A stretch of DNA of 20,782 bases from Peribolospora baueri. Its lineage: Eukaryota. The notes under the pieces were generated by a model. The model was not told where the DNA came from. It saw only the letters and a program-made list of their open reading frames with translations, and did no database searches. Positions 19,082 through 20,782 of the stretch are shown here, piece by piece (position 1 is the first letter of the stretch; every line of letters begins with the position of its first letter). The DNA lies in contig JAMDHS010000059.1 of NCBI GenBank assembly GCA_029717555.1, positions 124,001-144,782 on the forward strand, written 5' to 3'. The position numbers were made by a program, and so were the translations under genes.

Positions 19082-20097
19082 ATGTCTTCGTCCACCTTGT
19101 CCGCGTGGTCTCTCGACTACGCAAGTCTCGCTCCGCAACGGTGAGCATTACACGATGCGATACGGGCGTCCCCTTAGGCGCCTCCTCGCTGCCCTTGTTT
19201 CTCAAACTGATCGAGGCTCTCGTTTCATGCGTTCGTTATCTCGTCTGGTCAGAGGAAAGTCTGTGCCGGGCGTAAGCGACCCTCCAGGGGCTGTAACAAC
19301 GACTAGCGTCTCAGGTTCAGGTAAAGTGAGTTACTCTGGAAGGTCGTTGTCTGGCCCGGCGCGGTTCCTCCCCATTTTTTTCTTGCACCGGCCTAGGATG
19401 ATGTTACTGACCCGTATCCGGTCACACTCCTCTCCGTAGGGTCGCAAGTCGACCACTTCCACCGCTTCCCATGCCCCTTCGACGACTGCGGATCCCTCAG
19501 CGCTCAAGATGCGCAAGGCATGGGATGCTGCCTTCGCTCCGGCAAAGTCACTGCCGATGAACGCCTTCATGCTCTACATGTCCGGTAGCGGCGTGCAGAT
19601 CTTCTCGATGATGGTCGTCGGCATGCTCATCACCAGTCCTTTCCGCGCGCTCTTTGGGATGGGCGAAGGTAAGCGTGTGATCTGGAGGAGGATGTGTCGA
19701 GTTCGAAGGAAGGTTTCTTCCTCTGTGCAGATTAATCATACAGACGGACCGTCGCTCCTTTCTCTCGTTCTACCTTTTCTGCAGTCTTTGCTCGCTACGA
19801 ATCTCCCTCGCACTCCCTTCTGCTTCCCAAGCTCTGTTACATTGTCTGCCAGCTTGCGTGCGTAGCTCTCGGTCTCTACAAGTGCCACAGCATGGGTCTC
19901 CTTCCGACTGAGAGCTCCGACTGGCTCGCTTGGCTTCAGCCTAAAGTGGTGAGTTCTAGCATCCCTCGTCCGTTGAAATACGCCGCACTACCAGGTGGAG
20001 ATCATTTTCCTATCCGGGCGGATCAAGCTGTTCTGACTTGCGATTCCTGCGTTCTTGAATCCAGCCCCTGGAGATCACCCCCTGGTCCAGCAGGTGA
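19082..20097 (+). CDS. EMC4: ER membrane protein complex subunit 4 (~185 aa, 5 exons)
   Basis: Exons 19082-19140, 19253-19325, 19440-19668, 19785-19948, 20065-20097 (558 nt). DPPG motif, LKMRKAWDAAFAPAKSLPMNAFMLYMSGSGVQIFSMM and GLYKCHSMGLLPTESSDWLAW are EMC4/TMEM85 hallmarks. Confidence 0.94.
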
Positions 20098-20597
20098 CAC
20101 GTGTCCTTCTCCTTTGTCGACAGGCCCATGGCGTTCCGCGCGTTCTCGTGCCGTCTGCACCTAGCCAGTTCCTAGCATTCTACCTCCCTATTCCAGTGCA
20201 GGCTTGCGCACCGGTGACTTCCAACGAACCCCCATGCTCCATTTCGCGCCTCAGGCCATGTACTATTAGATCGTTCCATATCCGTCGCCGTAGTCGTCTA
20301 ACCTGACGCTCATGCCTCAAGTTCTCTCTCGTTCGTGCAAAAGCCTGTCGAGCCATTCCCAACGGGATCGGTTCGCACCGGCAGAAGTGATTGGTTGGGA
20401 GGGCCAAGCAGCCCACGGCAACTTATTACCAGTCATCAGGGATCTTCGTCGACAGGGCAACTTGAGATCCAGCAAGCGTGGTTTTTCACTGCTTGGGGAA
20501 TCGTGCTTCAAAGCGTCACAGGTGTGGAACGTTGATGGAGCATTCTCTGTGTTCAACTCTGACCGACCCTTCTCTCCATCGTATTCCTTCTTCTAAG

Positions 20598-20782
20598 CGA
20601 CATCGACGAGGCCATCCTTCAATACCTCGACTCACGAGGTCTCCGCTCCACGGCTAACAGCCTCAGATCTGAGTTGAACCTCAGCAAAAGCGACGAAACC
20701 CCAGTCGAAGAGCGGCATAGCCACAAGGATTTGATCATCCAGAACTGGAACATGTTCTGGGCGGTCATGACCACCCGCTCGG
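20598..20782 (+). CDS. Partial exon of a LisH-domain protein, LUFS (Flo8/SSDP/LEUNIG)-like; 5' exon unresolved, 3' end outside the window
   Basis: After branch-like CTGAC (20559-20563), a pyrimidine tract and AG at 20596-20597, the frame from 20599 reads DIDEAILQYLDSRGLRSTANSLRSELNL...DLIIQNWNMFWAVMTTRS. This is a LisH pattern followed by a W-x2-FW helix like LUFS domains. Confidence 0.6.

Noticed and set aside
1..20782. CRISPR array, prokaryotic operon/defence system or biosynthetic gene cluster
   Set aside because: The sequence is eukaryotic and spliced, there is no repeat-spacer array, and the genes are functionally unrelated with no backbone synthase or transporter set.

Overview
GC-rich, intron-rich fungal genomic DNA (GT-AG introns of about 70-190 nt; gene content suggests a basidiomycete). 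By manual splicing I reconstruct six complete multi-exon genes and one partial one: (1) a secreted, probably GPI-anchored MP88-like mannoprotein (+, 1089-2635); (2) coatomer beta' subunit SEC27 (-, 7546-4034); (3) a ~1,100-aa mostly disordered, probably nuclear protein with coiled-coil segments and Sin3-interaction-like helices (+, 8235-11822); (4) a TPQ copper amine oxidase (+, 12919-15930); (5) U5 snRNP 40-kDa WD40 protein (-, 18834-17050); (6) EMC4 (+, 19082-20097); (7) a LisH/LUFS-like exon running off the right edge. The main non-genic structure is two diverged, same-orientation copies (3174-3794 and 16027-16676) of a ~620-650-bp non-autonomous Tc1/mariner-type element (CAGT...ACTG TIRs, TA target site). 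They sit in the only two tail-to-tail intergenic gaps and differ by a micro-inversion. Other leads are a probably spliced mannoprotein 5' leader with a branch-point-like microsatellite and a YAG|GT junction, a GATAAG cluster upstream of the amine oxidase, and shared ATCACGTG boxes in both divergent promoters. I see no clear novel multi-gene system; this is mostly a housekeeping neighbourhood. Most ORFs in the supplied track are shadow ORFs or exon fragments.
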